Notes: generated from the sequence alone by a model not told the origin. Counted from the first letter of the stretch, positions 8,873 to 18,827 are shown. The stretch: 64,000 nt of DNA from Patescibacteria group bacterium (GCA_041665505.1 JBAYIR010000001.1:19108-83107); one strand, 5' to 3'. Made by a program: numbers and translations.

Positions 8873-9415
8873 ATGGCTAGTGAAGAAAAAAAAGCTGGAG
8901 GGCTAGATAATAATCAAGAAGAAAAATACGTTCGCCCTAGTTGGGATGAATATTTTATGGAAATGGCTAGGACTGCTTCCAAACGCGCTACTTGCAGTAG
9001 AGGGCGTAGTGGTTCAATCGCTGTCAAAGATAATCAACTGCTGGTGACTGGCTATGTGGGAGCACCTAAAGGCTTTCCAGACTGTGATGAAGTAGGACAT
9101 TTGATTAAAAAAACTGATCATGGTGATGGGACTATCAGTAGCCATTGTGTCCGGACTATTCACGCTGAGCAGAACTTGATAACTCAAGCAGCCAAAAGAG
9201 GAGTTTCTTTAGATGGAGCAACTATTTATTGTCGGATGGTACCTTGCCATGTTTGTTGTATGTTGCTAGTCAATTGTGGTATCAAAAGGGTAGTAGCGGA
9301 AAGACATTATCATCAAGGTGGCGTGGATATTTTGAAACAAGCCGGCATACAACTAGATGTTTTGTATGAAGATGAAGTCCAAGCTTATGAAGGTATGACT
9401 GAGAAAAAAGAATAA
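8873..9415 (+). CDS. dCMP deaminase (ComEB/cytidine-deoxycytidylate deaminase family)
   Basis: HAEQN...PCHVCC zinc-binding motifs, and the gene lies in a thymidylate pathway context. Confidence 0.8.
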   Translation: MASEEKKAGGLDNNQEEKYVRPSWDEYFMEMARTASKRATCSRGRSGSIAVKDNQLLVTGYVGAPKGFPDCDEVGHLIKKTDHGDGTISSHCVRTIHAEQNLITQAAKRGVSLDGATIYCRMVPCHVCCMLLVNCGIKRVVAERHYHQGGVDILKQAGIQLDVLYEDEVQAYEGMTEKKE

Positions 9416-9416
9416 T

Positions 9417-9995
9417 ATGATAAAAAAAGCTAAAAATCTTAAGCGAGATCAAAAAGGTAAAATAATTTTGGGTTTTACTGGACTGCCAGCTTGTGGTAAA
9501 GGTACGGCAGCCAAATATTTAGCCGCCAAATATGGAGCCGGTACTTTTCGTTTTTCTACTTCTATGAGAGATTTGCTAGATCGTTTGTATTTACCACAAT
9601 CTAGAGAAAATATGAGCGCCATTTCTCGTATTACTCGTCAAGAATTTGGCCAAGATTTGTATGCCAAAGTTATGGCCGGCGATGTGGGTAAAGCAAAATA
9701 TGATATAGTAGTTGTAGATGGTATACGTAGATTGGATGATGTTAAAGAATTAAAAAAACTAGCTAGCTTTAAATTAGTAGCTATTGAAGTGGATATGAAA
9801 ACTCGTTGGCAGAGACTTAGAATGAGAGGAGAAAATCCAGATGACGCTACTAAGACCTGGAAAGAATTTCAGAAAGATCATAAATTGGAAACCGAGCTTA
9901 CTATCCCACCAGTGATGAAGCAAGCAGATTTTTTTATTAATAATAATGGGTCTTTAAAGGATTTTTATAAACAACTTGATAAATTGGTAAAATAA
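9417..9995 (+). CDS. P-loop nucleotide/nucleoside monophosphate kinase-like protein (dNMP kinase/AAA-family); substrate unknown
   Basis: Walker [13 protein letters not shown]. It is a small (192 aa) P-loop NTPase embedded between dCMP deaminase and thyA. Confidence 0.5.
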   Translation: MIKKAKNLKRDQKGKIILGFTGLPACGKGTAAKYLAAKYGAGTFRFSTSMRDLLDRLYLPQSRENMSAISRITRQEFGQDLYAKVMAGDVGKAKYDIVVVDGIRRLDDVKELKKLASFKLVAIEVDMKTRWQRLRMRGENPDDATKTWKEFQKDHKLETELTIPPVMKQADFFINNNGSLKDFYKQLDKLVK

Positions 9996-10002
9996 TAAGT
10001 AT

Positions 10003-10899
10003 ATGAAGCAGTATTTAGAGCTACTTCAAAAAATAATGGATGAAGGAGTGGACAAAAGTGATAGAACTGGTGTTGGCACCAGGAGTGTTTTTGGTGCTCA
10101 AGCTAGATTTGATTTGTCCGAAGGCTTTCCGCTTCTTACTACCAAGAAAATGTTTTTGAAAGGAATTATTCATGAGCTTATTTGGTTTGTTAGAGGTGAC
10201 ACTAATATTAAATATTTGGTGGACAATGGTGTTAAAATCTGGAATGAGTGGCCTTACCAAAAATATCTTGAAGCAAATTCTTTGACTGAAAAATTTCCTA
10301 AATACAGCCCAGAGTGGGAAGAAAAGATGCAGGAGTTTATAGACAATATCAAAAATGATGAAGAGTTCGCCAAGAAGTGGGGTAATCTCGGGCCAGTTTA
10401 TGGTAAACAGTGGAGGGACTTTGGCGGAGTGGATCAACTTAAAGACGTGATAGAAAGATTGAAAACTAATCCCAATGATAGGCGTATGATAGTGTCAGCC
10501 TGGAATCCACCAGAAATTCCCCAGATGGCTTTGCCACCTTGTCACCTGCTTTATCAATTTTATGTAGCTCAAGGCAAATTATCTCTACAGATGTATCAAA
10601 GAAGCTGTGATACTTTTTTGGGAGTGCCGTTTAATATTGCTTCCTATTCACTGCTACTGATGATGGTCGCTCAGGTAGTTGGACTGGAGGCCGGAACATT
10701 TGTGCATGTCTACGGCGATCTTCATATTTATAGTAATCATTTTGATCAGGTCAAAGAGCAATTATCACGTCAGCCAAGAAAATTGCCACAAATGTTAATA
10801 AATCAGAGTATTAAAAATATTGAAGATTTTAAATTTGAAGATTTTGTTTTGGAAGGTTATGACCCTCATCCTACAATTAAAGCACCAATTGCTGTATAA
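10003..10899 (+). CDS. thyA: Thymidylate synthase
   Basis: RTGVGT.S.FG...F......FPL.TTKK...I.HEL.WF..G.TN and the active-site PPCH..YQFYV. Confidence 0.9.
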   Translation: MKQYLELLQKIMDEGVDKSDRTGVGTRSVFGAQARFDLSEGFPLLTTKKMFLKGIIHELIWFVRGDTNIKYLVDNGVKIWNEWPYQKYLEANSLTEKFPKYSPEWEEKMQEFIDNIKNDEEFAKKWGNLGPVYGKQWRDFGGVDQLKDVIERLKTNPNDRRMIVSAWNPPEIPQMALPPCHLLYQFYVAQGKLSLQMYQRSCDTFLGVPFNIASYSLLLMMVAQVVGLEAGTFVHVYGDLHIYSNHFDQVKEQLSRQPRKLPQMLINQSIKNIEDFKFEDFVLEGYDPHPTIKAPIAV

Positions 10900-10902
10900 A
10901 AT

Positions 10903-11352
10903 ATGAATAAATCAATAAAAAATAATTTGATAATAGAATTACATGTCCCAGATTTGGATATTGTAAAATCATTTTATTCTAAATTAGGTTTTGATATTAC
11001 AATGTATGATAAATCAAATGAAAAGGAGTTAGGTTATTTAACAATGACCAGAAACGATGAATTAGGAAATACAATGTTAAATTTTTACGGTGGGGATGAT
11101 AGAATATATAATCAAGCATATTTTAAGCAATTTTCCAAAGATACAAAAAGAGCTTATGCTACTGAAATAACTATTTGTGTTAAAGATATAGATAATATTT
11201 ATGATTTAGCTACTACTCACCTTAAAAAATTTGTGGTAAGAGAATTACAAGAAAAAGAGGATCATGGACATAAATGGAAAGATTTTAGGATGGAAGATCC
11301 TTTTGGATTTTATTTAAGATTTACAGAATTATTAGATTGGGGACAAAAATAA
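10903..11352 (+). CDS. VOC/glyoxalase-bleomycin resistance fold protein, hypothetical
   Basis: ELHVPDLDIVKSFYSKLGF is a typical VOC N-terminal beta-alpha-beta start. The gene is inserted between thyA and folA. Confidence 0.4.
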   Translation: MNKSIKNNLIIELHVPDLDIVKSFYSKLGFDITMYDKSNEKELGYLTMTRNDELGNTMLNFYGGDDRIYNQAYFKQFSKDTKRAYATEITICVKDIDNIYDLATTHLKKFVVRELQEKEDHGHKWKDFRMEDPFGFYLRFTELLDWGQK

Positions 11353-11356
11353 TATT

Positions 11357-11845
11357 ATGAATAAACCAATAATTAGTTTAATAGCCGCCATAGCTAGTGA
11401 TCGTGGTATAGGATATCAAAATAAATTGCTTATCCATTTGCCACCCGACTTGAAGCATTTTAAAGAAGTTACTTCTAGACATATGGTCATAATGGGCCAG
11501 ACTACTTATCAATCTATGGGCAAAGCATTACCCAATAGAGAAAATATAGTTTTAACCAAAGATCAAAATTTTATGGTGGCTGATGCTAAAGTAATGTATT
11601 CTATTGAAGAAGCACTGGAATATGCTAATAATTCTATAGAAGAAGAAATATTTTTTATAGGTGGAGCATCTATTTATGCTCAGTCTATAAAGTATGCGGA
11701 TAAATTATATTTGACTTTGATTGACGCTACTTATCCAGCTGATACTTACTTTCCAGATTATAGCGAATTTAAAAATATAATATCAGAGTCAGATGTCCAG
11801 GAATACAATGGTGTTAAATTTAAATACTTAGAATTAACTAAATGA
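11357..11845 (+). CDS. folA: Dihydrofolate reductase
   Basis: ISLIAA.A..RGIG..N.L....P.DL.HFK..T....VIMG..T..S....LP.R.NIVL. Confidence 0.85.
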   Translation: MNKPIISLIAAIASDRGIGYQNKLLIHLPPDLKHFKEVTSRHMVIMGQTTYQSMGKALPNRENIVLTKDQNFMVADAKVMYSIEEALEYANNSIEEEIFFIGGASIYAQSIKYADKLYLTLIDATYPADTYFPDYSEFKNIISESDVQEYNGVKFKYLELTK

Positions 11846-12264
11846 TTATAAAAGCAAAAAAATTATATATAGATGCGCAGTTGCCACAGATGATGAAAGA
11901 AGGCGATGCAGCCATGGATTTTTATAGTTATAAAGATTATGAATTAAGTCCAGGAGAAAAAGTCATAGTGGAGACCGGAGTGGCTATAGCTATACCGCGT
12001 GGCTATTGGGGTAATGTCAGAGACAGGAGCGGCTTAGCCGCCAAACATAGTCTTCATACTATGGGGGGTGTTTTTGATTCTAATTATCGTGGTGAAGTGC
12101 AGATTGTTTTAATCAATTTAAGCCAAGAAATTTATAATATAAAAAAAGGTGACCGAATTTGTCAGATGATTATAGAGCGTCACGAAGATTTAGAAGTGGT
12201 AGAAGTAGAACAGTTAGACGAGACAAATAGAGGTGAGGAGCGTTTTGCTTCTAGTGGGTATTAA
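11842..12264 (+). CDS. dut: dUTP diphosphatase
   Basis: The RSGLA.KH......GV.DS.YRGE and GDRI.Q motifs. The gene overlaps the folA stop by 4 nt. Confidence 0.85.
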   Translation: MIIKAKKLYIDAQLPQMMKEGDAAMDFYSYKDYELSPGEKVIVETGVAIAIPRGYWGNVRDRSGLAAKHSLHTMGGVFDSNYRGEVQIVLINLSQEIYNIKKGDRICQMIIERHEDLEVVEVEQLDETNRGEERFASSGY

Positions 12265-12280
12265 ATAATATTACTCGTAT

Positions 12281-12329
12281 CCTGAGACGACCGCTCCCCG
12301 CTAGCGCGGACAGTCGCGTCTGGCTCAGG
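12281..12329 (+). terminator. GC-rich imperfect palindrome between dut and tmk (terminator or attenuator-like hairpin; no clear T-run)
   Basis: cctgagacgaccgctccccgctagcgcggacagtcgcgtctggctcagg. Confidence 0.35.
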
Positions 12330-12344
12330 TTACTCAATATAAAT

Positions 12345-13022
12345 ATGGCTAAAGGAAAATTCATAGTTATAGAAGGAGGAGATGGATCGGGGAAAACTAC
12401 CCAGTTTAATCTCCTTAAAGAAAAATTACTAGCTGATGGTCATCAGCTAGAGACTGTTGATTTTCCTCAATACGGCCAGCCATCAGCAGTCTTGGTAGAA
12501 AAATATCTTAATGGTGATTTTGGTAGCGCCAAAGAAGTAGGTGCTTATCGAGCTAGTATTTTCTACGCTGTTGATAGGTATGAGGCTTCTTTTCGGATGA
12601 AAGAATGGCTAAGTGAAGGAAAAATTGTTTTGGCCAATCGCTATGCCACTTCCAATATGGTCCATCAAGCTGGCAAAATAAAAGATACTCTAGAGCGGGA
12701 TAAATTTTTAAATTGGCTAGATGAATTGGAATTTGGCATTTTTGATATTCCAAGACCAGACCTAGTATTTTTTATGAATATTTCGGCTGATATTTCCCAA
12801 AATTTAGCCCTTCAGAAAAATGCTCGGCACGATAATATTAAATCAAAAAATGATATTCATGAAAATGATTTGGGACATTTAGAAGACGCTTTAGAGGCTG
12901 GTAACTATGTGGCCAAAAAATATAACTGGGAAATAATAAATTGTGATGATGGTAGTGGACAAATGAGAAGTATTGATGATATTCACAATGAGGTTTGTAA
13001 TAAAATCAAAAAATATATATAG
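12345..13022 (+). CDS. tmk: Thymidylate kinase
   Basis: FIVIEGGDGSGKTTQ P-loop with DRY and lid motifs. Confidence 0.9.
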   Translation: MAKGKFIVIEGGDGSGKTTQFNLLKEKLLADGHQLETVDFPQYGQPSAVLVEKYLNGDFGSAKEVGAYRASIFYAVDRYEASFRMKEWLSEGKIVLANRYATSNMVHQAGKIKDTLERDKFLNWLDELEFGIFDIPRPDLVFFMNISADISQNLALQKNARHDNIKSKNDIHENDLGHLEDALEAGNYVAKKYNWEIINCDDGSGQMRSIDDIHNEVCNKIKKYI

Positions 13023-13029
13023 TTAAGCT

Positions 13030-14541
13030 ATGGCTAAATACGAAACAATTATAGGCTTAGAAATTCATTTACAACTCAAGACCAAGAGTAAGATGTTTTG
13101 CAGTTGTTCTAATGATTCAGAAGGCCAAGAACCAAATACTTTAGTTTGTCCTATTTGCTTGGGACATCCAGGGACATTGCCTAGCGTCAATAAAGAAGCT
13201 ATCAAGCTGGCTATGATGATGTCTTTGGCCTTGAATTGTAAAATAAATAAGCAATCAAAGTTTGATAGAAAAAATTATTTTTATCCAGATTTGCCCAAAG
13301 GCTATCAAATATCTCAATTTGACGAACCATTAGCTCATGACGGACATTTGGTAATTGAAGTAGATAATCAGACTTGGAGTATTGGTATAGAAAGATTACA
13401 TTTAGAAGAAGATGCCGCCAAAAATATTCATAAAGGCGATAAGACTTTGGTAGATTTTAATCGGGGTGGTACACCGCTAGCTGAGATTGTGACCAAACCA
13501 GATTTTAAAAGTCCCAAAGAGACCAAAGAATTTTTACAACAACTCAGGCTGATTGCTCGTTATCTAGATGTTTCTGAGGCGGACATGGAAAAAGGTCATT
13601 TGAGATGTGATGCCAATATATCACTAAGACCTTTAGGTGACCATGATCTTTATCCTAAAACAGAAATAAAAAACCTCAATTCATTTAAGGCTGTGGAAAA
13701 AGCTTTGATGTTTGAAGAAAAAAGACAAGCCAAACTTTGGGATGATAAGCAGGCTCCGCAAGTGACAGAGACTCGCGGCTGGGATGAAGATAAAGAGGAA
13801 ACAGTACTACAGCGCACCAAAGAAGGCTCATCTGATTATAGATATTTTCCAGAACCAGATTTGCCGCCAATTATTATTTCAGAAAAATTGATGCAAACTG
13901 TAGTTTCTACCATGGTAGAGCTACCATACAATAAAAAAGATAGATTTGTTAAAGAATATAATCTTAAAACAGAGGATGCTTGGGTTTTGGTCAATCAAAG
14001 AGTCTGGGCCAATTATTTTGAAGAAGTGATGTCTGATCTCAGGGCTTGGCTTTTTAAAGCCGAAGGCCTTTCTGAAGATAGTGATGAAGCTAGCCAACTG
14101 TGGGCAGGTAAAAAAGAAAAATTATCAAAGTTAACTTTTAATTGGATAAGTAGTGAATTGTTTGCTTTGATTGATAATAATTTTGATATTAAAAATCTTA
14201 AAATTAGCGCTGAAAATATGGCAGAGTTTATTAGTTTGATTTATAAGCAAACTATCAATAGCTCCGCTGGTCAAGTAATACTGAAAGAAATGTTTAATGG
14301 GGCCGATGATGATCCTAGCCATATTGCCGAAAGACTAAATTTGGCTCAAATTGATGATGATAGTAGTTTAGAGGATATAGCTATCGAGGTAGTGATGTCT
14401 AATCCAGAGCAAGTGGCAGAATATAAAGCTGGTAAAATTGCAGTATTAAAGTTTTTGGTGGGACAATTTATGAAAGAGAGTAAAGGCAAAGCCAATCCAC
14501 AAAAGGCAGAAGAAATTTTGAAAAAGAAATTAAAGGATTAA
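13030..14541 (+). CDS. gatB: Asp-tRNA(Asn)/Glu-tRNA(Gln) amidotransferase subunit B
   Basis: YE.IIGLEIH.QL.T.SK.FC.C...........CP.CLG.PG.LP. Confidence 0.9.
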   Translation: MAKYETIIGLEIHLQLKTKSKMFCSCSNDSEGQEPNTLVCPICLGHPGTLPSVNKEAIKLAMMMSLALNCKINKQSKFDRKNYFYPDLPKGYQISQFDEPLAHDGHLVIEVDNQTWSIGIERLHLEEDAAKNIHKGDKTLVDFNRGGTPLAEIVTKPDFKSPKETKEFLQQLRLIARYLDVSEADMEKGHLRCDANISLRPLGDHDLYPKTEIKNLNSFKAVEKALMFEEKRQAKLWDDKQAPQVTETRGWDEDKEETVLQRTKEGSSDYRYFPEPDLPPIIISEKLMQTVVSTMVELPYNKKDRFVKEYNLKTEDAWVLVNQRVWANYFEEVMSDLRAWLFKAEGLSEDSDEASQLWAGKKEKLSKLTFNWISSELFALIDNNFDIKNLKISAENMAEFISLIYKQTINSSAGQVILKEMFNGADDDPSHIAERLNLAQIDDDSSLEDIAIEVVMSNPEQVAEYKAGKIAVLKFLVGQFMKESKGKANPQKAEEILKKKLKD

Positions 14542-14544
14542 AAA

Positions 14545-16092
14545 ATGCCAAGAAGAGAAGTTTGGCGTAAAAATTTTGAAATTTATAGGATGCCGATCAT
14601 CATAACTGGTCCAGCAGTTTTTAGTGCTTTGTCTGATCAGAAAAAAGTAATAGGTAAAAATATTTTAAAAGATTTTTTACTAGTAGGTCAGGCTTATGAT
14701 TTAGTGGGTGCCTACATACCTCTTAAACAGTTAAGGGAATTTATTGAAGCTATTTTACATACTATAAAAACAAAGCCAAATTTTATATTTCATCTACAAA
14801 GAGATGGTCTAAAAGATGTGTCTGAACTTTTTAAATTTGTTAGAAAAAATAGAAGAACGGATTTTGGTAAAATGAGTAGTATAGAGTTGGTATATTTTCA
14901 TAATAAATTACAGAGCTATTTTTATAAAGCGCAGGGCAGACTTACTCTAACAACTTGGTTTGTAGATTCGGATGGGGAGGATTTGACCAAGTTTTTATGG
15001 GGGATGGTAGAGAATAAAATAAAAGAAAGTAATTTGAATTTAAATCCAGCTGAGGTTTTTTCAATACTTACCACTCCAGATAAAGCTAGTATGTCCTTGA
15101 AAGAAGAGATAGAAGCTTTAAGAATTTTATTACTTATAAAAGCTGATAAAAGTGCTAGAAAATTATTTAGCCATAAAGATCCAAAATATATAGAAAATAA
15201 TCTTGATAGAATAGAAAGTAAATTAAAAAATAAAATAATTAGCCATTATAAAAAATGGCTCTGGGTGCCTTATACTTATATTGGTCCTGCTTATGAGCTG
15301 GATTATTATTTGACAATGTGGTCAGGTTTACTCCGTCAAAAAGTAAATGTCAATAAAAATTTAAAAATACTTGAATCTCAGATTAGAAATGATAGAAAAT
15401 TACGTTTTAATTTTATTAAAAAATTACAACTTAATACTAAAGAAAAGAAATATTTTGATATTGCAGCAGATATTATTTATTTAAAATCATATCGGAAAGA
15501 TGCTTGGTTTTATTACTGCTATCTTTTGGAGTTTTTCCATAAAGAGCTAGCTAAACGATTAAATTTATCTTTACAGCAAGTAAGAATGATGACGCCAGAT
15601 GAATTAAATATAGCTATAAGAAAGGGTAGTTTTGATTCCAATATTTTAAATCAAAGATTTATAAAAAGCGCTTATATTTTTAGAGGTTTAAAATCAAAAG
15701 TTTATGCTGGACGTGAAGCTGAAAAATTTTTGCTTAGTCAAAATATAGAAAAAGAGAAAGTTGTAAAATTAGATATGTTAAAGGGTACTTCAGCTTACCC
15801 TGGCCATGCTAGATCTTATGTAAAGATAGTAAATTTACCAGAAGAGATGCATAAAATGAAGCAGGGGGATATTATGGTAGCCAGAACTACTTTTCCATCA
15901 CTAGTACCAGCTATGAAAAAGGCTGCTGCTATTGTCACCAATGATGGAGGAATAACTTGTCATGCCGCTATAGTTGCTAGAGAATTAAAAATACCTTGTG
16001 TAGTAGGCACTAAGATAGCTACTAAAATTTTGAAAGACGGAGATAAAGTAGATGTAGATGCTGCTAAGGGTATAGTAAAGAAATTAAAATAG
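14545..16092 (+). CDS. Protein with a C-terminal PEP-utilizing-enzyme mobile (phosphohistidine) domain; the N-terminal ~420 aa have no recognisable family
   Basis: The C-terminus reads GDIMVARTTFPSLVPAMKKAAAIVTNDGGITCHAAIVARELKIPCVVG, matching the GGxTSHAAIxAREhGIPxVVG motif. No ATP-grasp domain is present. Confidence 0.6.
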   Translation: MPRREVWRKNFEIYRMPIIITGPAVFSALSDQKKVIGKNILKDFLLVGQAYDLVGAYIPLKQLREFIEAILHTIKTKPNFIFHLQRDGLKDVSELFKFVRKNRRTDFGKMSSIELVYFHNKLQSYFYKAQGRLTLTTWFVDSDGEDLTKFLWGMVENKIKESNLNLNPAEVFSILTTPDKASMSLKEEIEALRILLLIKADKSARKLFSHKDPKYIENNLDRIESKLKNKIISHYKKWLWVPYTYIGPAYELDYYLTMWSGLLRQKVNVNKNLKILESQIRNDRKLRFNFIKKLQLNTKEKKYFDIAADIIYLKSYRKDAWFYYCYLLEFFHKELAKRLNLSLQQVRMMTPDELNIAIRKGSFDSNILNQRFIKSAYIFRGLKSKVYAGREAEKFLLSQNIEKEKVVKLDMLKGTSAYPGHARSYVKIVNLPEEMHKMKQGDIMVARTTFPSLVPAMKKAAAIVTNDGGITCHAAIVARELKIPCVVGTKIATKILKDGDKVDVDAAKGIVKKLK

Positions 16093-16106
16093 ATTATTTA
16101 TTTTTA

Positions 16107-16135
16107 GCCGGCCGCGTCAGACGCGGCCGGCTTTA
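16107..16135 (+). terminator. Rho-independent terminator
   Basis: gccggccgcgtc-a-gacgcggccggc, a perfect 12-bp stem followed by ttta. Confidence 0.6.
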
Positions 16136-16166
16136 ATGTCAGTCCAAATTTTTGCAATGTAGTGGA

Positions 16167-16195
16167 TTGACAAAAAATGTTGAATAGAGTATTAA
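16167..16195 (+). promoter_or_regulatory. Sigma70-like promoter TTGACA-17-TATTAA for GC-rich cassette B
   Basis: Direct motif read, followed by an AAGGAGA Shine-Dalgarno at 16233-16239. Confidence 0.45.
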
Positions 16196-16245
16196 TAAAT
16201 AGATTTGTTCCCATCACTGTTTCACCCTGGACAAGGAGACCTGAG

Positions 16246-16698
16246 TTGGAGACTGACAGCAAAAAAGCCAAGAAACCCCTGGTCGAACTCGACATATCGG
16301 TCAGGTATGGCCGCCTGACTGAAAAGCCGGCGCCGACTTATCAGGGCCAGGCGGTCGGCGAGGTTCTCAAGGACTTGCTCACCTCAGGGCCTATTTCGCG
16401 GACTTCTTCTGACATCAGTGTCAGTGTTGACTTCGGTCACAAGATGGTCCATCTGGTCCGTATGCGACTGCTTCGTTCGTCCAGCTTCGTCGGCGCATTC
16501 GGCGTCATCACGGTGGTACTTCGTCCCTTGGCCGTTGGTTTCTGCCATGGCCACGACCAGACCTTCCAGTTTTGCCCGGATGATCGTCTGATTGGCCAGC
16601 GTGGGCAGATCATCAAGCTGACGCTGGGTTACCCCGAATTCAAAAGCGAGACCTGGCACAGGGAGAAGCAGTCACAGGAAGTCAAGCAAGCTTCCTAG
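16246..16698 (+). CDS. Hypothetical protein (~150 aa) of GC-rich cassette B (~58% GC). The TTG start is inferred from the SD, and the coding strand is not fully certain.
   Basis: The ORF frame is continuous with the ORF-track ORF 16177..16698. AAGGAGA lies 6 nt upstream of a TTG. No family was recognised. A 91-aa antisense ORF (16384..16659) also exists. Confidence 0.35.
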   Translation: METDSKKAKKPLVELDISVRYGRLTEKPAPTYQGQAVGEVLKDLLTSGPISRTSSDISVSVDFGHKMVHLVRMRLLRSSSFVGAFGVITVVLRPLAVGFCHGHDQTFQFCPDDRLIGQRGQIIKLTLGYPEFKSETWHREKQSQEVKQAS

Positions 16699-16760
16699 AT
16701 TTCCGAGTCCATCGGAAATCAAAAGAGCCCCCGCCTAGTGCAGGGGCTCTTTTCCTATTT
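16698..16760. terminator. Two tandem hairpins forming a bidirectional terminator between cassette B and miaA
   Basis: gatttccg-agtccat-cggaaatc is followed by agagcccc-gcctagtgc-aggggctct and then tttcctatttttt. Confidence 0.55.
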
Positions 16761-17498
16761 TTTCAAAAATTTATTTAAAAGTTTTTTTCTTTCTCGGGTG
16801 TTTTTATTCCAATGTATTTTAATACCTTGGCTCTCCATCCGCCTGAACCAAGTCATTTGTCTTTTGGCATAGTGGCGAGTATTTTGCTTTATTTTTTCAA
16901 TAGCGTCTTCCAAACTAATTTTTTTATCAAGATATTCTATAATTTCCTTGTAGCCAATACCATTTAAAGCAATCAATTTTTTATTGGGATATTTTTTGTA
17001 TAATCTTTTGGTCTCAGTTATAGAGCCATCACTAATCATTTTTTCTACTCGCTTGTTTATTTTTTGATATAATTTGTCTCTATCAGGGGAAAGTCCAAAT
17101 ACTAAAGAGTTATAAGGACAGTCACGCAATTTTGGCTCTTTAGGATTCAAATCATAATTTTGCAAGATGGAAGAAATATATAGTCCGGTACCACCAGCGA
17201 TAATAGGTAATTTATTTTTGGTTAATATTTTGTCTATTATTTTAAAAGCATCTTTTTGCCAGTTATATAAATTGTATTTCTCATTTGGCTTTACAATATC
17301 AAGCAGATAGTGGGGGATGCCTTGTCTTTCTTGCTTAGTAATTTTATTGCTAGCAATATTTAAACCTTTATAAATTTGACGTGAATCGGCTGATATAATT
17401 TCACCATTAAAATTTTTGGCAATTTTAACAGCTAAAGCAGATTTACCAGCTGCGGTCGGTCCTAAAACTACTATTATTTTTTGTTTGGTATTTCGCAT
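16755..17498 (-). CDS. miaA: tRNA dimethylallyltransferase
   Basis: IIVVLGPTAAGKSALAV..A....GEIISADSRQIY......A..K....E...IPH.LLD. Confidence 0.85.
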   Translation of the reverse strand: MRNTKQKIIVVLGPTAAGKSALAVKIAKNFNGEIISADSRQIYKGLNIASNKITKQERQGIPHYLLDIVKPNEKYNLYNWQKDAFKIIDKILTKNKLPIIAGGTGLYISSILQNYDLNPKEPKLRDCPYNSLVFGLSPDRDKLYQKINKRVEKMISDGSITETKRLYKKYPNKKLIALNGIGYKEIIEYLDKKISLEDAIEKIKQNTRHYAKRQMTWFRRMESQGIKIHWNKNTRERKKLLNKFLKK

Positions 17499-17522
17499 TT
17501 ATACTTATGTAAGTCTAAGCAG

Positions 17523-18827
17523 TTATTTTTTTACAATTTTGGCTTTGACTCCCCAATCTAGGGCCTCTGTTATTTCTACTTGATAAAAATTACCAATTTT
17601 TAGAGCTATTTTATTTTCAATATAAGCTGGTAAATAATTTGATAGTTTACCAATGTTGATAAATTTATTTTTTTCTTTATTGACTGTATCAATTAAAACT
17701 TCACGTTTTTGGCCAACTAGATTTTTGTTAAAGTTTAAAGACTGAGTGGTCAATTGGTCGTTCATTTCTTGCCAGCGTTTCTTTTTGATAGATTTTGCTA
17801 CATCATCTTTATACATTTTAGCAGCAATAGTACCAGTGCGGGAAGAGTATTGAGAAATGTACATTAAATTATAATTTAAGTCTTTGACCAATTTTTTGGT
17901 CATTTGAAAATCTTTGTCTGTTTCGCCACAAAATCCGACAATGATATCGGTAGACAAAGTAATATTAGGCAGGGACTTTTTTATTTTTTTGATGAGTTTT
18001 TTATAAGACGCTATGCTGTAGTGTCTATTCATTTTTTTAAGCACTTGATCAGAACCACATTGGACAGGTAGATGTAAATAGTCATTCAGATTTTTACATT
18101 TAGCCATAACGCTAATCAACTCATCACTCATATCATAAGGATGGCTGGTTAAAAATTTTAACCAAAAATGTTTAGACAGGCCGTCTATTTTTTTTAGTAA
18201 GCTAGGGAAGTTAATTTCCTGTCCTTTTTTATCTAAACCATAGCTATTAACGTTTTGTCCCAAGAGTACTATTTCTTTGTAGCCTTTGCTTAGCAAGTCT
18301 TTAACTTCATTTATAATATGTTCTGAGGGGCGAGATGTTTCACGACCTCTAGTATATGGTACAGCACAATAAGAACAAAATTTGTTGCAGCCAGTCATAA
18401 TTGGTACATAAGCCCGGTAGCTTGATCCGTAGCTAGGGGAGATATCAAAAAAATCTGGTAAAGCCAATTTTTCTTCAGGATGGATAGCGGCTAAATCACG
18501 ACCCAAATTTTTTAAATTTTTTATATCAATAAAAAGATCAAACTGATGGGCCAATTTTTTTTGATCGGACTCCAAAACGCAGCCAGATAATATAGTAATT
18601 AGTGGTCTGGTTTCTTTGGTCAATTGCCAGTTATGTATTTTGCTGTGGATTCTATCTACCGCAGCCTGTTTAACAGAGCAAGCTATAATAGCAATTAGAT
18701 CAGCGTCCATTTCATTTTTAGTTTCCTGGTAACCAAGCTTTTTTAAAACAGTCGCTAGTCTTTCACTATCAGAATAGTTCATCTGACAGCCAAATACAAT
18801 GAGGTAAAATTTTTTCTTTTTTATCAT
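17523..18827 (-). CDS. miaB: tRNA-i6A37 methylthiotransferase (radical SAM MTTase with TRAM domain)
   Basis: N-terminal MTTase domain, a radical SAM CNKFCSYC box, and a C-terminal TRAM domain. The gene is adjacent to miaA. Confidence 0.85.
   Translation of the reverse strand: MIKKKKFYLIVFGCQMNYSDSERLATVLKKLGYQETKNEMDADLIAIIACSVKQAAVDRIHSKIHNWQLTKETRPLITILSGCVLESDQKKLAHQFDLFIDIKNLKNLGRDLAAIHPEEKLALPDFFDISPSYGSSYRAYVPIMTGCNKFCSYCAVPYTRGRETSRPSEHIINEVKDLLSKGYKEIVLLGQNVNSYGLDKKGQEINFPSLLKKIDGLSKHFWLKFLTSHPYDMSDELISVMAKCKNLNDYLHLPVQCGSDQVLKKMNRHYSIASYKKLIKKIKKSLPNITLSTDIIVGFCGETDKDFQMTKKLVKDLNYNLMYISQYSSRTGTIAAKMYKDDVAKSIKKKRWQEMNDQLTTQSLNFNKNLVGQKREVLIDTVNKEKNKFINIGKLSNYLPAYIENKIALKIGNFYQVEITEALDWGVKAKIVKK

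Noticed and set aside
16384-16659. Antisense 91-aa ORF in cassette B (MPGLAFEFGVTQRQL...), which at first looked like a transposase or HTH fragment.
   Set aside because: It has no recognisable motif. It uses a GTG start without an SD. The promoter, SD and terminator geometry favour the plus strand. It is kept as an open alternative in the findings.
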